Positions 52,430 to 64,000 of a stretch of 64,000 nucleotides of DNA are shown piece after piece (the stretch's first letter is position 1; every line of letters begins with the position of its first letter). The stretch spans positions 113,708,001 through 113,772,000 of the forward strand of contig CM068742.1 of NCBI GenBank assembly GCA_035084275.1, in the 5' to 3' direction. The position numbers and the translations under genes were made by a program. Under the pieces are notes generated by a model. The model saw only the letters and a program-made list of their open reading frames with translations. It was not told where the DNA came from and ran no database searches. This stretch comes from Hydrolagus colliei (lineage: Eukaryota).

Positions 52430-52850
52430 TTCAAGATCCTCATCCTTGCCGTCAAAGCCATCCACGGCCTTGCCCCACCCACCTCTCTGACTTACTGTCC
52501 CCTATGAACCTCCCCACATCCCCCCTCCGTTCAGCAGGCTCCAGCCTGCTCCATGTCCCCCAACTGACCCACTTTACCATTGGCAGATGGGCTTTCAACC
52601 TCTCTGCCCCCACACTCTGGAACTCCATCCCATAATCCCTAGGTCTCGCACGCTCCCTCGCCTCCTTCAAGGCTGGTCTCAAGACCCTCCTCTTCGACTG
52701 TGCCTTCTGCTGCCCTCCCAACTCTCTCCCTCCCCTCTTAACTCTCTCCCACCCCTCCCACCTACCCCTCTCTCTTGACTGTTCAGCGCCTTGGGATGTC
52801 CTCCTGATGTGAAAGGCGCTCTATAAATATAATTTTATTGTTATTGTTGT
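52430..52850 (+). mobile_element. L2-clade LINE 3' end with tail
   Basis: FKILILAVKAIHGLAP..PTLWNSIP..FKAGLKTLLF, then agcgccttgggatgtcctcctgatgtgaaaggcgctctataaat and (TTG)n. Confidence 0.88.
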
Positions 52851-52855
52851 TCTAA

Positions 52856-53113
52856 ACATCTCAAAGCCCTTCACAGAATATACTGTAAAGTGAATTGACT
52901 ATACTTTGTGGGCCTAATGCGGCAGCCAATTGCACACGGTAGTGTCACACAAACAGGCGTGGATTCAAGTGAATCCATTATTGTTTTTTTCTTGAGGGAT
53001 TATTATCAAGCATGTGGAGTAAAGAAGCTTGCCTAAGGTTTTGCCCTGCCGGGTATCAGACCCAGGTCTCTTGCTTGCGAGGCAAGTGCCCTAACCACTG
53101 AGCTACAGGACTC
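52856..53113 (-). mobile_element. Deu-type SINE (tail at about 52390-52428, separated by the L2 insertion)
   Basis: Reverse copy of head and core. Confidence 0.82.
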
Positions 53114-53921
53114 TAATTACCCTCTGAATGTCAATTATGCTTGGAATGTCTGCCTTGAAATTGCTCTTTGCAACACTAAACCTATGTCCTCTTGTTCTTC
53201 TGTCGCGGTGCATCTGAAAGTATTGTTCAAGGTTTCCATTTAAAATCCCATTTAAAATGTTATACACCTCTATAAAGTTCCTTCTGATGCATCTTCTCTC
53301 AAGACTGAAGTCTTAGGTTGACAGCAATATTATTGCCCGTAACGTAACTGGGCCTGTCTGCACCTCCTCCTTTCCCCATGACTTCAATAACATCTCTTGT
53401 AAGAAAGAGAAGCTGTTGAAACGAATAAGATGCCATGGCAAGCACAGTATGTCCCCATCTGTTCATTTAAGTCCTTGGTGTGCTCTATCGTGAGCTTGAC
53501 TGACTCCACTCACAACAAGAACTACTGTTCAGAGTAAAGCTCTTACACAGCTATTAGAAGCCTGGCAGACCATTCTCTCTATTGTTCCCACCGAATGCAG
53601 AACAGCACAAAGTCAGCAAGGGTCCATTATAGAGATAATTCAGGATGATTGAAAAGCACTGAATGTATTGAGCAGAAATAGCAGGCTGGAGAACTGTGTG
53701 AAAAAAATTTATCTGAACATTTGCTACACGATAATGATTAACTTAAATTAATATGATTACGTAACAGTTTTTATCAGGAAAAGCATCTGTGGCACTAACA
53801 TGCTATTCATTTTCTTAGTTACTGTTACATTGTTTGAGTATTCTCCAGCAAAGCCTGTGAAATGCTTCGAGGCGTCCTCCCATTGCTGTATCAAATGCGA
53901 GGATTTTAAAATACTGTACAT

Positions 53922-54267
53922 TAGTGTCCAGCGATATATCGATAATATCGGTATAATTTTTCATATCGATATGCCGATATTGGAAATTTTAATCTATCAG
54001 TATATCGCAAAATTTGGTATCAAACAAAATATCGGTATATAGTGTCTGGCGATATATCGATTATATCGGTATAGTATAAAACTTTTTCAACTTACCTTGT
54101 TGCCGGCATTGCAAACCTCCTGGGCCTAGAGCACACATATCGGAATGCTCGCGCACCTCTGAATGCGCGCGCACCTCCGAATGCATGCGCATACACAGGA
54201 TAAAAAAACCTGGTGATATCGATATGAGCCCATCGATATAGGAAAATTTCCATATCGATGTACCCTA
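53922..54267. mobile_element. hAT MITE (346 bp) related to the intronic elements
   Basis: Imperfect TIRs TAGTGTCCAGCGATAT / ATATCGATGTACCCTA; perfect 8-bp TSD CTGTACAT (53914-53921, 54268-54275); shares CTTACCTTGTYGCCGGCATTGCAA and CGATAT subterminal repeats with 2683-4622. Confidence 0.88.
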
Positions 54268-55899
54268 CTGTACATATATATTTATCATTCATGACTTGTC
54301 AGCCCGACCCAGTGGGAAGCACTCTCACCTCAAGGACAGAAGGTCACAGGTCCACATCAGACTGGCGCTACCACACAGTTTGGCTGTATTGCCAAAGATG
54401 TCCATTGAGGGAGACTTAAACTGAAGACTGTTCGGAAAGATCTTTCTCCCAATGTTCAAAAAGAGAAGGGAATTTTGAGTTAGCGCAGAAGGAATTATGT
54501 TTATGTATCATCTTTCACGTTGGAAGGATGTCTTGTTGTTTTTGTTGTTCCACCCTCAGCAATCCCAACCCCCCAGCTCAGGTCTGAAACATGACTTGGT
54601 GCCTTGGGACATCCTTACGACCTGAATGGTACCCTGTACATTTGTACGGGGTACAAATGTAATGTTGTTGCATCGATTCCACCTCTGAAGTTTTCTGGAG
54701 CAGAGCATTCCACACCTTTACAATTCTCTGTGTGAAGAAGTGTTTCCTAACCTCACTTCTAATAATCTCGGTTCTGACATTAAATCTATACCCTTTGCAA
54801 TGGATCCCTTTAATGAAATAATCAATCTTGACGATTCTGTGCTAATGACAAGCAGTGAATTCACTCACTAAGCCGCTGGGTGATTTTTATTTAATGGTCA
54901 ACTAATTGTGTCCCTGGAATCACTTTCTCTTTTTGCTATTGCATCGCATTGATCATTTTAATTACTTCTTGTACTTTCACTGTCATTCAGTGTCTTATTC
55001 ATCTGTGTTACTGACTTAACTAGGCCGGTGAAATAGCCTTCAAGGAAGTTAAGCGTTCCCATTTCTCCAGTGGTAATTTTTGTTGAAAATACTGCACAGG
55101 CTTATTCCAGCAATGAGGTATTGAAAGGTCTTCTAGAACTCTATTAAAGTTAATTAATACCTGATGTACTCGGCGAAGTGCTCTCAGCAAGTTTCCAAAG
55201 TCGTCTGTTAACTGTGAGTGACTCAGTAAACAGCGGAGACGATAAATCACAATGTAATTACCATCCAAGCACACCACATAGTTGTACAGTAGAAGACACT
55301 CTGGTGTTGTAACAGTACATGAATATTTCACTAACTGTGGAGAACCCAGCATCAAGAAGGAAACCAAGATGGACAAATTACAACCTTCTACACAGTAGTT
55401 ACATCGAATCTACAGCACTGAAACAGCCTATTCAGCACAAAAGGTTTGTGCATGTGTTTATATTCCACACACCCCTCCCATCCCAAATTCCACTCTATAT
55501 TCTACGCTATCCCTCATACCTCTTTGCTCACTTCTCTCTCCAGGATAAATATTGCCACAACAAATTCCTTTGTTATGAAAAGAACTTGCTGTGTTCTCTA
55601 AGATGTCCAAGATGAACAGGCGGATGAGAACTTAATTGAACATTTTTTTGTTTTGGTCAGTCTGACACATGCAGAAACCCATCAGCAGGTTTAGGAGTAT
55701 CCAAACCAAACTGAGAATTCCATGCATCCCACCTACACATGGAAATCCCAGAGATGGATTATTGGAATAGAATGTGCACTCTCTCCCTGAAGGAACACAA
55801 TAACAAAATTACATTTCCACAGCACCTTTCACTTCGGAAAGACACACCCAGCTTACCTAATTCCGCAAAGTATTATGTAAAAGTTGGCAAGAACATGAG

Positions 55900-56320
55900 C
55901 ACATCCTCAACTGTCTTTCCTCCCCCAAATCCAAGCCACGACATTCCCTCACCTCCTCAACATTGCCCGACTCCACCATTACCTCATCCCTCAGGCCGCT
56001 GGAACTCTCATTCATGCCTTCATCACATTCAGGCTCGACTACACCAACGCCCTGCTTGTCAGCCTTCCAATTCCTCCCTCCCATAAGCTGCGATCATCCA
56101 GATCTCTGTAGCTTGTGTCCTCTACCGCTCCGTGACCTCATATTCCCCATTCTCGCCCAACTCCATTGGTTCCCATTCTCCCAGAAGATTCAGTTCAAGA
56201 TCCTGGTCCTTACCTTCAAAGCTCTCCATGGCCTCGCACCACCCTACCTTTGTGACCTCCTAACTCCCTACAAACCTGCCCAATCTATCCGCTCAGTGGG
56301 CTCCGGCCTGCTCCTCTGGA
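55900..56320 (+). mobile_element. L2-clade LINE ORF2 3' fragment
   Basis: LIHAFITFRLDY.N and PILAQLHWFP..QKIQFKILVLTFKALHGLAPPYL. Confidence 0.85.
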
Positions 56321-58074
56321 TCCGAGTGTGTGGTGGGTACCGCTGGAGTCTAACTAGCTACAGCCCCATAACTTGCCATTAATTCAACGTGTCATCCACA
56401 TCATCCGTCCTCCAACAATGCAGCATTTCACCAAAACAGCGTCTGTTTTACAAGGCTCCTCACATGACACCTCGATTTAGCAGCTGGTGCTGAGTAAGCC
56501 TGTTATGCAACGTCTTCGAGCTGTCCTGTAAATGTCCCTCTACCATGCTGAAGGAAGATGTCATCAGATAACTCTGAAGCTTTGGGCCATTGCTGCTGTG
56601 AGGCGTTACCTAGAGTTTGAGAACATACGTTGCAAAATCCAGCTCTTGGAATCGATCCACCTTGATTGGTTTGCAGAGAAGCAAGCAGTTGCTGCTCAAG
56701 CTCTGTACTTCCACCTAGTGGAACCATCATCGTTCAATGGGAAGGGACGCGTGGCTGAGCTGTGGGCTGGAAAATGGTTGCAATGCTCTGAGGCATTTTA
56801 TGCTCAAACTGTATCATGCACCGGGAAGCTCACAGGGAATTCCTGATAACAGCCATTCACTAAGTGAGGGTTCAAACCCTTGCTTATCAGATGGCAAACC
56901 AATGACTATCCTCCCTGAGGGAAGTAAGAGGAGTTTCCTCCGAGCTGAATTGTGAAGTGTTTGCCAACGGAATTTTGGAAATCAAACCCACTCTCTGTGA
57001 TGGTCTCAGTAGTTGCGTTTTTGAGCCAGACAGATCCATAGAACTGCAGGGCATAGGTGAGGACAGGCCAGCCTTGGGAGAGCCAACCAGTCAGGGACCA
57101 TTCAAATCCTGTTCAGCGCTTTGGGATGTCCTCCCGACGTGAAAGGCGCTCTATAAATGCAATTTTTGTTGTTGTTAACCCTGCAAGCCAATACCCTAAC
57201 GGGTAGAGGGTTCCTAGCTGGACAAACAATTGAAGCTCTCTCAATGGCAAGCTTTGTGGTTTCAGCTGGTTTGACTCCAGCAGTACCACAACATACACTC
57301 CAGCCTTTCGGCTCTTGCCAACCTAGGCCTAATGCTATCCGGAATTTGGTAAACAGGATGCGTCCCTCCGGGAAGCCCATTCTGATAAATACCTCGGTAA
57401 TTTCCATGTGTAGGTGGGATGCATGGAATTCTCAGCTGGCTTTGGATTCTCTTAAGCATGGGGATGGGTATCAGGTAACAGGTTGACCCCCCCCGAAAAA
57501 AAACTTCCATCTCAAGAGTTGAGAGTGTTGCCAACTGAGCCAGGCTGACACCTTGCAGCATCTTCTATTGGAGCAGTTTGTAAGTAAAAGCAAGTATACT
57601 GTATCTACAATACAATCTTGTGCAGCATCTTTCCTATTGGGATAACATCTCAAAGCACTTTACACTGCTAGCTGAGTATCTGAATAGGGGTGGGGCAGGG
57701 GGAGTGGGAGCAGAAGAAGTGGATATTCGTTCTTGTATCTGATCTTTTTCTCACTCAATATCATGGTTTAGGGGGCAAGACTCAGATAGCAATTAGCAGC
57801 AAGAACTAACTTGGGGACTCAATTGTAATAACGCATCAGAACTCAAGCGACTGTAATTGATTTTATCTTCAAAACAGTGCTTTAGTTATGTGAATGGAAA
57901 TTGGTCTTTAGATGTAGAATTTAAAGTATTTGAGCTACGGTACTGTTACAATACGATCAATTGTTTAAGCTGCAGATTAGTTTTAAATCCTGCTAATAGC
58001 ATTCTCATTACTGGGTGGGAGTCCTGTATCAGAGACTTTGAGCTCATGGTCTATGCATAACACCCTAATGCAGT

Positions 58075-58275
58075 AAAGTCACCTCCGCATCCAGGGCCAG
58101 CCTGCTCCTTCCCGATCACACCGCAAGCCTCCACTGTGTGTGAGATATGTGCAGTGACGACTTGTAGCACCACTTTAAGAGTCACTGAAATCAGCGAGAC
58201 CCCTCTGTAGTTCCCGGTCTCACTAGGGTCACACTTTGTGTGGATATTCACAACTATTGCACTGTGGAACACTGA
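58075..58275 (-). mobile_element. Short non-LTR reverse transcriptase fragment (not the local L2 family)
   Basis: SAIVVNIHTKCDPSETGNYRGVSLISVTLKVV...GVIGKEQAG matches the KGD..NYRGISL..Q.GF motif. Confidence 0.7.
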
Positions 58276-59125
58276 TGGGTGCGTGCCTCCGCGAGCATCT
58301 CGTTGACCAGTTCTAAGAGGACACCTCCAAGGTGGAGTCGGAGGTTCCTGGCTAATGGTAATGGAGAGAAGGGCCATAGCGACCTCATAATTTAGACTGA
58401 CACTCAAGTGAAATGCTGGGGTGGGGGAAGGGCTGCAATGTCAGAGTTGCTGTCCTTCGGACGAGACATTAAACCGAGGTCCCACCTGCTTGTTCAAGCT
58501 GATGTTAAAGATACTTTAGCCAACAATCGCTCAAATAAAATTGGTCACTCATTTCATGGTAATTTGGGGGACATTGCTATATGCAAATTGATTGGCTACT
58601 ATATTTGCCTACACAGATGCAGTCATTCATTCCACTGTACAGTAAATCCAGCGAAGCACTTCCGAGACATTTTCCCCAAATGGAAGGCATTATATCAAGT
58701 GCAAGATCTATTGTATTACTGTTCAAGATAGGAAAAGTAAAAATAAGAGTCATTACACTTTACCTTTATATTAAATTCCAGGATATTTTAAACTAAGTCC
58801 TGTCTGCCTATTCAGGTAGGCCCTAAACATCCCATGGCACTATTTGAAAAGAGGAGTTTTTCCCGATATCCTGGCCAACAATCCTTCCAATAAAATCGGT
58901 CACTCATTTAATGCACATTTTTGAGAAATTACTATCCAGATTGGCTGCCGAGTTAATAATAATAAATTCACCTAAAAATACAGTCTCTCCACTTCATAGC
59001 AAAATATTGTGAAACATTTTGAAGAATCTCAAGGATGTATTAAGAAACTGTATCAAGGATTTTATTATTAAGGGTTATTATAAAATGAGGGAAGAATAAA
59101 ACACAAGTCTCTTATGTTATCACAG

Positions 59126-59142
59126 AGCACCATCTGCTGGAC
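59126..59142 (-). promoter_or_regulatory. Candidate CTCF site
   Basis: Minus strand GTCCAGCAGATGGTGCT is close to the CTCF consensus; a weaker similar site lies at 45167-45183 (-). Confidence 0.45.
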
Positions 59143-59446
59143 ACAAGCAGAAATTAACCTTTTCAAAAGATCAATTTGAATAAACTTGCATTCCTATACC
59201 AACACATCCAAATATCTCGAAGCAATTTGCAGCATCAGTGATTTGTAACCAAATGCAGTGACCATTTTCATACAGCAATGACCTACAAACACAAACAGTC
59301 ACAAGGTGATTGCCAAATTTCTCTTGAGGGTTACTGACCTAGACCAAGAACCTTCCTTCTCTTTTTTGAATGTAATCAGATCTTTAACTCCCACCTGTAG
59401 AGCAGGAAGAGGGCAAGGAAATTGCAGCATGCCCGGGGTAATAACA

Positions 59447-59667
59447 TAACAATCCTTGTATTTGATATAGCGCATTATCACTTCGCTGAGACGTCTCAAA
59501 GCACTTCATAGAATATACTTAAAGTCAATTGATTGTATTTTGTGGGCCAAACACAGCAGCCAATTGCACGCAGTAGTGTTCCATAAATAGTCAGGGATTG
59601 AGTGACCAATTATAGGTAAACAGAGATGGTAAAGGCGAATGCTCTAACCAATTTACAACAGGACTCC
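59447..59667 (-). mobile_element. Deu-type SINE, internally deleted, followed by an L2 remnant (about 59670-59860, -)
   Basis: Tail, core and head end (ggactcc) on the minus strand. Confidence 0.75.
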
Positions 59668-60699
59668 ATCAAGCCAAGTGGAGGGAAGGCAGATGTGATG
59701 AATAGGTGGATGAGTCTCGGCAACCTGATGAGAGAGGCAATGTTGCAGTCATGCACTGGTGCAGAGGTGGGGAAGGCAGAACAGGTCATGGTATGGATGT
59801 GGAATATAAGAGTAGTTGAGGGCTAGTGAGGTGTAAAGTGCATCCATGGTGGGACATGCAGCTGAAGGAAGGCATCAACAATACAATCACAGCCCCCACC
59901 CCATCAGTCTAGACCGTGAGCCTAAAGGTTCAAACCTACAATCAGGTGTCCTAAAATCTTTGACAAACGCCAGATTTATTTATGTTGTGTCACAGACCAG
60001 ATCTTCCAGTGTGGAAGACTCAACTCACTCTGCCCCCTCCGACCCACCCCATTTAAATGACCATGAATGTTCTGCAAAAGTAATATTTTCCAGTGGCAAG
60101 ATCCTCTGCAATGAATCATTTAACATGGCCCTGGAACCTGCTTCTCTGGTTCTGCGCTTATCTTATGATGTCCACCAGAGAGAAGCCATGCGTGTTCAGC
60201 AGTCAGTCTACCAAACGGCCATTTGAGGCAGGCTTGGGACCTGACCAGGACACAGGCAAGCACCTATCAACTGATCGAGACTAAAATACAATCAAGGAAT
60301 CATTCCTGGTATATATTTATACTCTTTGAATTTTGCTTAGTGAGCTAAAATGAAAGAAAGTAAACAGACTGTTCCCACACAGGCACATGGCCTCTCTCCA
60401 GCACCACTCTGCACAGAAAGCCCTGAGTGTGGTACCACACCAGCTCTTCTGAAAGGATTTGGCAGCAGGTTACATCTGCATATTTCACTAGTGATGAAGC
60501 ATTTGCCCAAATTCTCACTACATTTGCTGTCAACATCTTCCTTCAAGTATAGCAGAGCTGGGCACAGTATATTACAGGGAGGTCAAGTTGTTTGTGTCTC
60601 AAGTGCTGTGAGGCCAATGTTAACAGCATTGAGTTAAATTACCAAGGTTAAAGAAAGTAGCAGAGCTTCTAATCCACTTGGAACCTCAAGACCACCCTG

Positions 60700-63600
60700 T
60701 AGAGTTATTAGTGTTTTTCTTTTGATGGACATTCTGAAGACAGCTTAGAAAAACTCAAGCTTGAGAAGCGAGCCAAAACAAACCTTTAGAAACACATGTA
60801 CAGTTTATGTATATCAAGCTAAAATCAGTTTACAAAATATTACAGAAGACGCTTCATCATTTATAGAGTTTAATCATGTTGATTTTGCTTTTCTTTAAAA
60901 ACAAATGCCCAGGTGAATTTAAACATTTCCCCCAGTTCAATTCATTGATCTATCATATCATTTTACAATACCAGTTACATTTCCAAAGATCAGTGCAATA
61001 TGTTCTCACACGTTCAAGTTAGAGCAGGAAAAAAAGTCACTAATAAAGCATGACCACAGCTTGCACATATCATATTAAACAGGCAAAGACAGATTAGAGC
61101 AAACAGCATACAGTATTTTATACCATGACAAGACAAGTTAGCTCACTTCCTCAGCAAGAGCTCCAACCTCTTGAAAGCATTCAACAGCAAACGTCATGGT
61201 CATCATTTAACACTGGCAATTTTCCTCACTGAGCTTGCATGAAATCACATACTTGGCTCACTGTTACTTTTGGATTGCAGTTCAATTTCCTATTGCAGTA
61301 CATGTCAAAGCAACTCATTTAAACTAATTACAAAATGCAAGAACAACCTAGTCACAAGCGAGTATTTTTGTTTTTAAATGGTCTGGGTGAGAATATTTTT
61401 ATTATTTTTTTGAAAACTGAAGTTTTTTTTCCCTATTTACTCCTCCCCATCAGAAACATTTGATTATTTTTTTCCACTTAGTACAATATTTCCAGGTTCA
61501 GTTCAGCTAAGGCAATTGCAAAGTAAAGCTTTCCCCACTCTGTCCCAACAATATGCAGAGCCCCAATCTCAGAAAACCATTCATGATTACACCGGAGTGA
61601 AACTCTCTATTTCTCATACTAATCCTTTCTTCACTGTAGCGTCCACTTTCCAAAAATTCACTTTCAATTGTCCATCTTCACTTCATACAGGACTCCTATA
61701 GAGATGGCAATTTGTAATCCCATCTCTTAACTACATAATCCAGCCATCTACCAAGTGATCCAACCCACTGAATATTTCATATGTGTGTACATTTTACTTG
61801 CACTCTACCTCCTCATAGGAGTTCCCTGAATCTGGCCTCATTTTCATAGAGAACCACTGAAAGTCTGCATCAAGAGCCCTACTGTTGGAGGCCTGAGGAA
61901 ATTTATTCTCCCCAATAAACACACATAATGCCCAATAGCAAAGGGAAGAAAGGTGGGGAAGAGAAACATTAAGCTAAAGTATACTAGCAATCCTAACACA
62001 GTCCAAGAAACCTAAGCAAGGGATCACTCACAAATGTAGCTGGCGAGAAAAAACAGAACATGGGGTAAATGTACAATCTAATTATCCCATTGGTCTGAAT
62101 AGTCCAAGAGGCCATTCTTTCATCCAGTTCTGTAATACTCATCATCTTAGATGGTCTGTGTGCTCTGCCTTATAAGATATACTGCATCCAACTTTATTCT
62201 GACAACAAATATGGTATGGACTGCAAAATGCTCATTCTGAGATTTAAACATTGGAAGGGTTTTCCTTTGCAAAATATTTACAAGAATCTCCCAAATTTTG
62301 GAGAAATGGATTTGAAAACATTTTAAAACTTGAAAGCTTCAGTATGTGGGAGGGGACTGGGAATGTTACATTAGTTTATGCTGATGCCTAAAAGTTCTTT
62401 AGCCAAATTTATAAAGACCAAAAATAACATGAGTTAATTAGCTTTGCCTGAATACATTTTAATTTCAATAAAGCATGTTATTAAATAATTTCCTGTCCAT
62501 AATTTCTATGTTCCATTGGCAAATGATATTAAACATGAATACACCATATCTTTGTGGTTAGTAAGACCTTCTTTCTATTGATGGTCATCAAAAATTCTAT
62601 CCAAATTAAGTCATACACAGGTTGACTGTAGTGCAGATGCTGCACAGCTGACATCAGAGCCTTGGTACAACAATTATTAATCTCACATAATCATTAAGAA
62701 AGTCAGGATCAATATATACTGTACCTCAATACATGGCGGTGTCAGTCGGATTGAAAAATCTTAAATATTAGCATTCAGTGTACAAATTGCAAGTTTATAC
62801 ATTTGTCTTATTTACATGGTGGTGCTTTTTTATTTAAAAAATGATGCAACTACTAAATTGGTATACAGTTGTAGTTAAATCACGAGTTGCATATTAAACT
62901 TCATATTTTTAATTACCAAAACAAAATATTTGGTGGAAATATGGAATGGGTCTGGGATATAAATGTGCTTAACATTTCAGATTTCTTTCAGCCACAACCA
63001 CATGTGGTACAGCACAAGCTCTTTCCAATTGTCACAACCACCCCAGCATCTGCAAGTTTATCACTGCATGGTTGGTTTCCATTGCCTTCTTATTTTTTTA
63101 AAAAAAGAGAAAAGGGGGATAGAAAGGAGGGAGGAAAAGTACACTATATAACATTTAACGCTCTGAGAATATACAACAATATTTGAGGGAAAAGATGTTG
63201 CTTATTGCAAGGTGTTACATTCATTTAATTTCTGTGTTGCAGTATGCTGGTTGCAAATTGCACACAATCAATCAGTTTTACAAACAATGCTATATTTTTA
63301 AAGTTTTTTTTTAAAAAAGAAAGGTCTCAGTACTCAAAAGGCTTGAGAATATGGAGGATCATTTAGAACAAAAAAGGTACTCTCCTTGCATAAATATTCA
63401 TACAAACTATCCTGGAAATGTAAAGCAGGAGGGTTCACTCGTTTCACATCCCCAACCACCATTTCATCTGGCCCCTGCTCTCTCCGTAACCGGTAAATGT
63501 TGTTATTGCGTTATTCAAAGGGAAACAAAAATATTGCTTATGTAGCCTGGGCAAGTTTCTCAAATGGGGAATCTGGCCCTCAACAGCCAAAAAATAGGCC

Positions 63601-64000
63601 CATCCTGACCCTAACGCACATCAGTTAACCCATGGGTCTCCTGTAACCTCCCTCTGCAACCATTCACCACTAACACTAAGCTTTTTAATTTTCCCCCCAC
63701 ATTTCTTCATTCCTAGAACACTATCAGAGCTCACCAAATCACAACACATCCTCTTTTATTGTAAAAAGTGTCAAAATTCCAGGGGAAAGGAAATGTTATT
63801 TTGTTATGCTGGGAATCAATTATCACTAAAAAGGAAAACTTTTCTTCTGTTCTTTTACCACAGTCCAGAATTGCTCTGCAGCACTTATTCTCCACTTGAT
63901 TACTTTAGCCACATAATTTAACAAATTTCAGATCAAACTCCAGTGGAATTAAATGGGTTCTCCTCCCAAGGACATTTTATTAGCTGAAGTGGTTTAGTTC
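60700..64000 (-). other. Possible 3' UTR of a convergent downstream gene (LETM1 by vertebrate synteny)
   Basis: AT-rich and free of the interspersed repeats seen elsewhere, with several TTTATT (minus-strand AATAAA, e.g. about 61398 and 62193); no coding exon seen. Confidence 0.3.

Overview
Vertebrate genomic DNA, most likely a cartilaginous fish (its SINE, L2, CR1 and Penelope repeats resemble those of chimaeras and sharks; this is an inference). Positions 671 to about 19.6 kb hold the 3' part of FGFR3 on the + strand: the IgIIIa exon, both mutually exclusive IIIb and IIIc exons, the transmembrane and juxtamembrane exons, all kinase exons, the stop codon at 16982-16984 and a 3' UTR of about 2.6 kb. 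All 13 exons have canonical GT-AG ends and consistent phases. The FGFR3 introns carry a young hAT transposon nested in another hAT (both target-site duplications intact) and a decayed processed PIK3CA fragment. The roughly 44 kb downstream is non-coding. It contains many tRNA-head Deu-type SINEs and L2/CR1 fragments, a processed OAT pseudogene fragment, a decayed Gypsy LTR element in a four-layer nest, two hAT MITEs, candidate enhancer and CTCF sites, and an AT-rich end that may be the 3' UTR of a convergent gene (LETM1 by synteny, unverified). I found no convincing new biological system. The best leads are the PIK3CA retrocopy inside FGFR3, the non-canonical GA donor paired with a NAGNAG acceptor, unusual substitutions at conserved kinase residues, and the nested hAT with an 83-nt hairpin just upstream of exon IIIb. 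Comparisons with human or fish sequences are from memory and need alignment.
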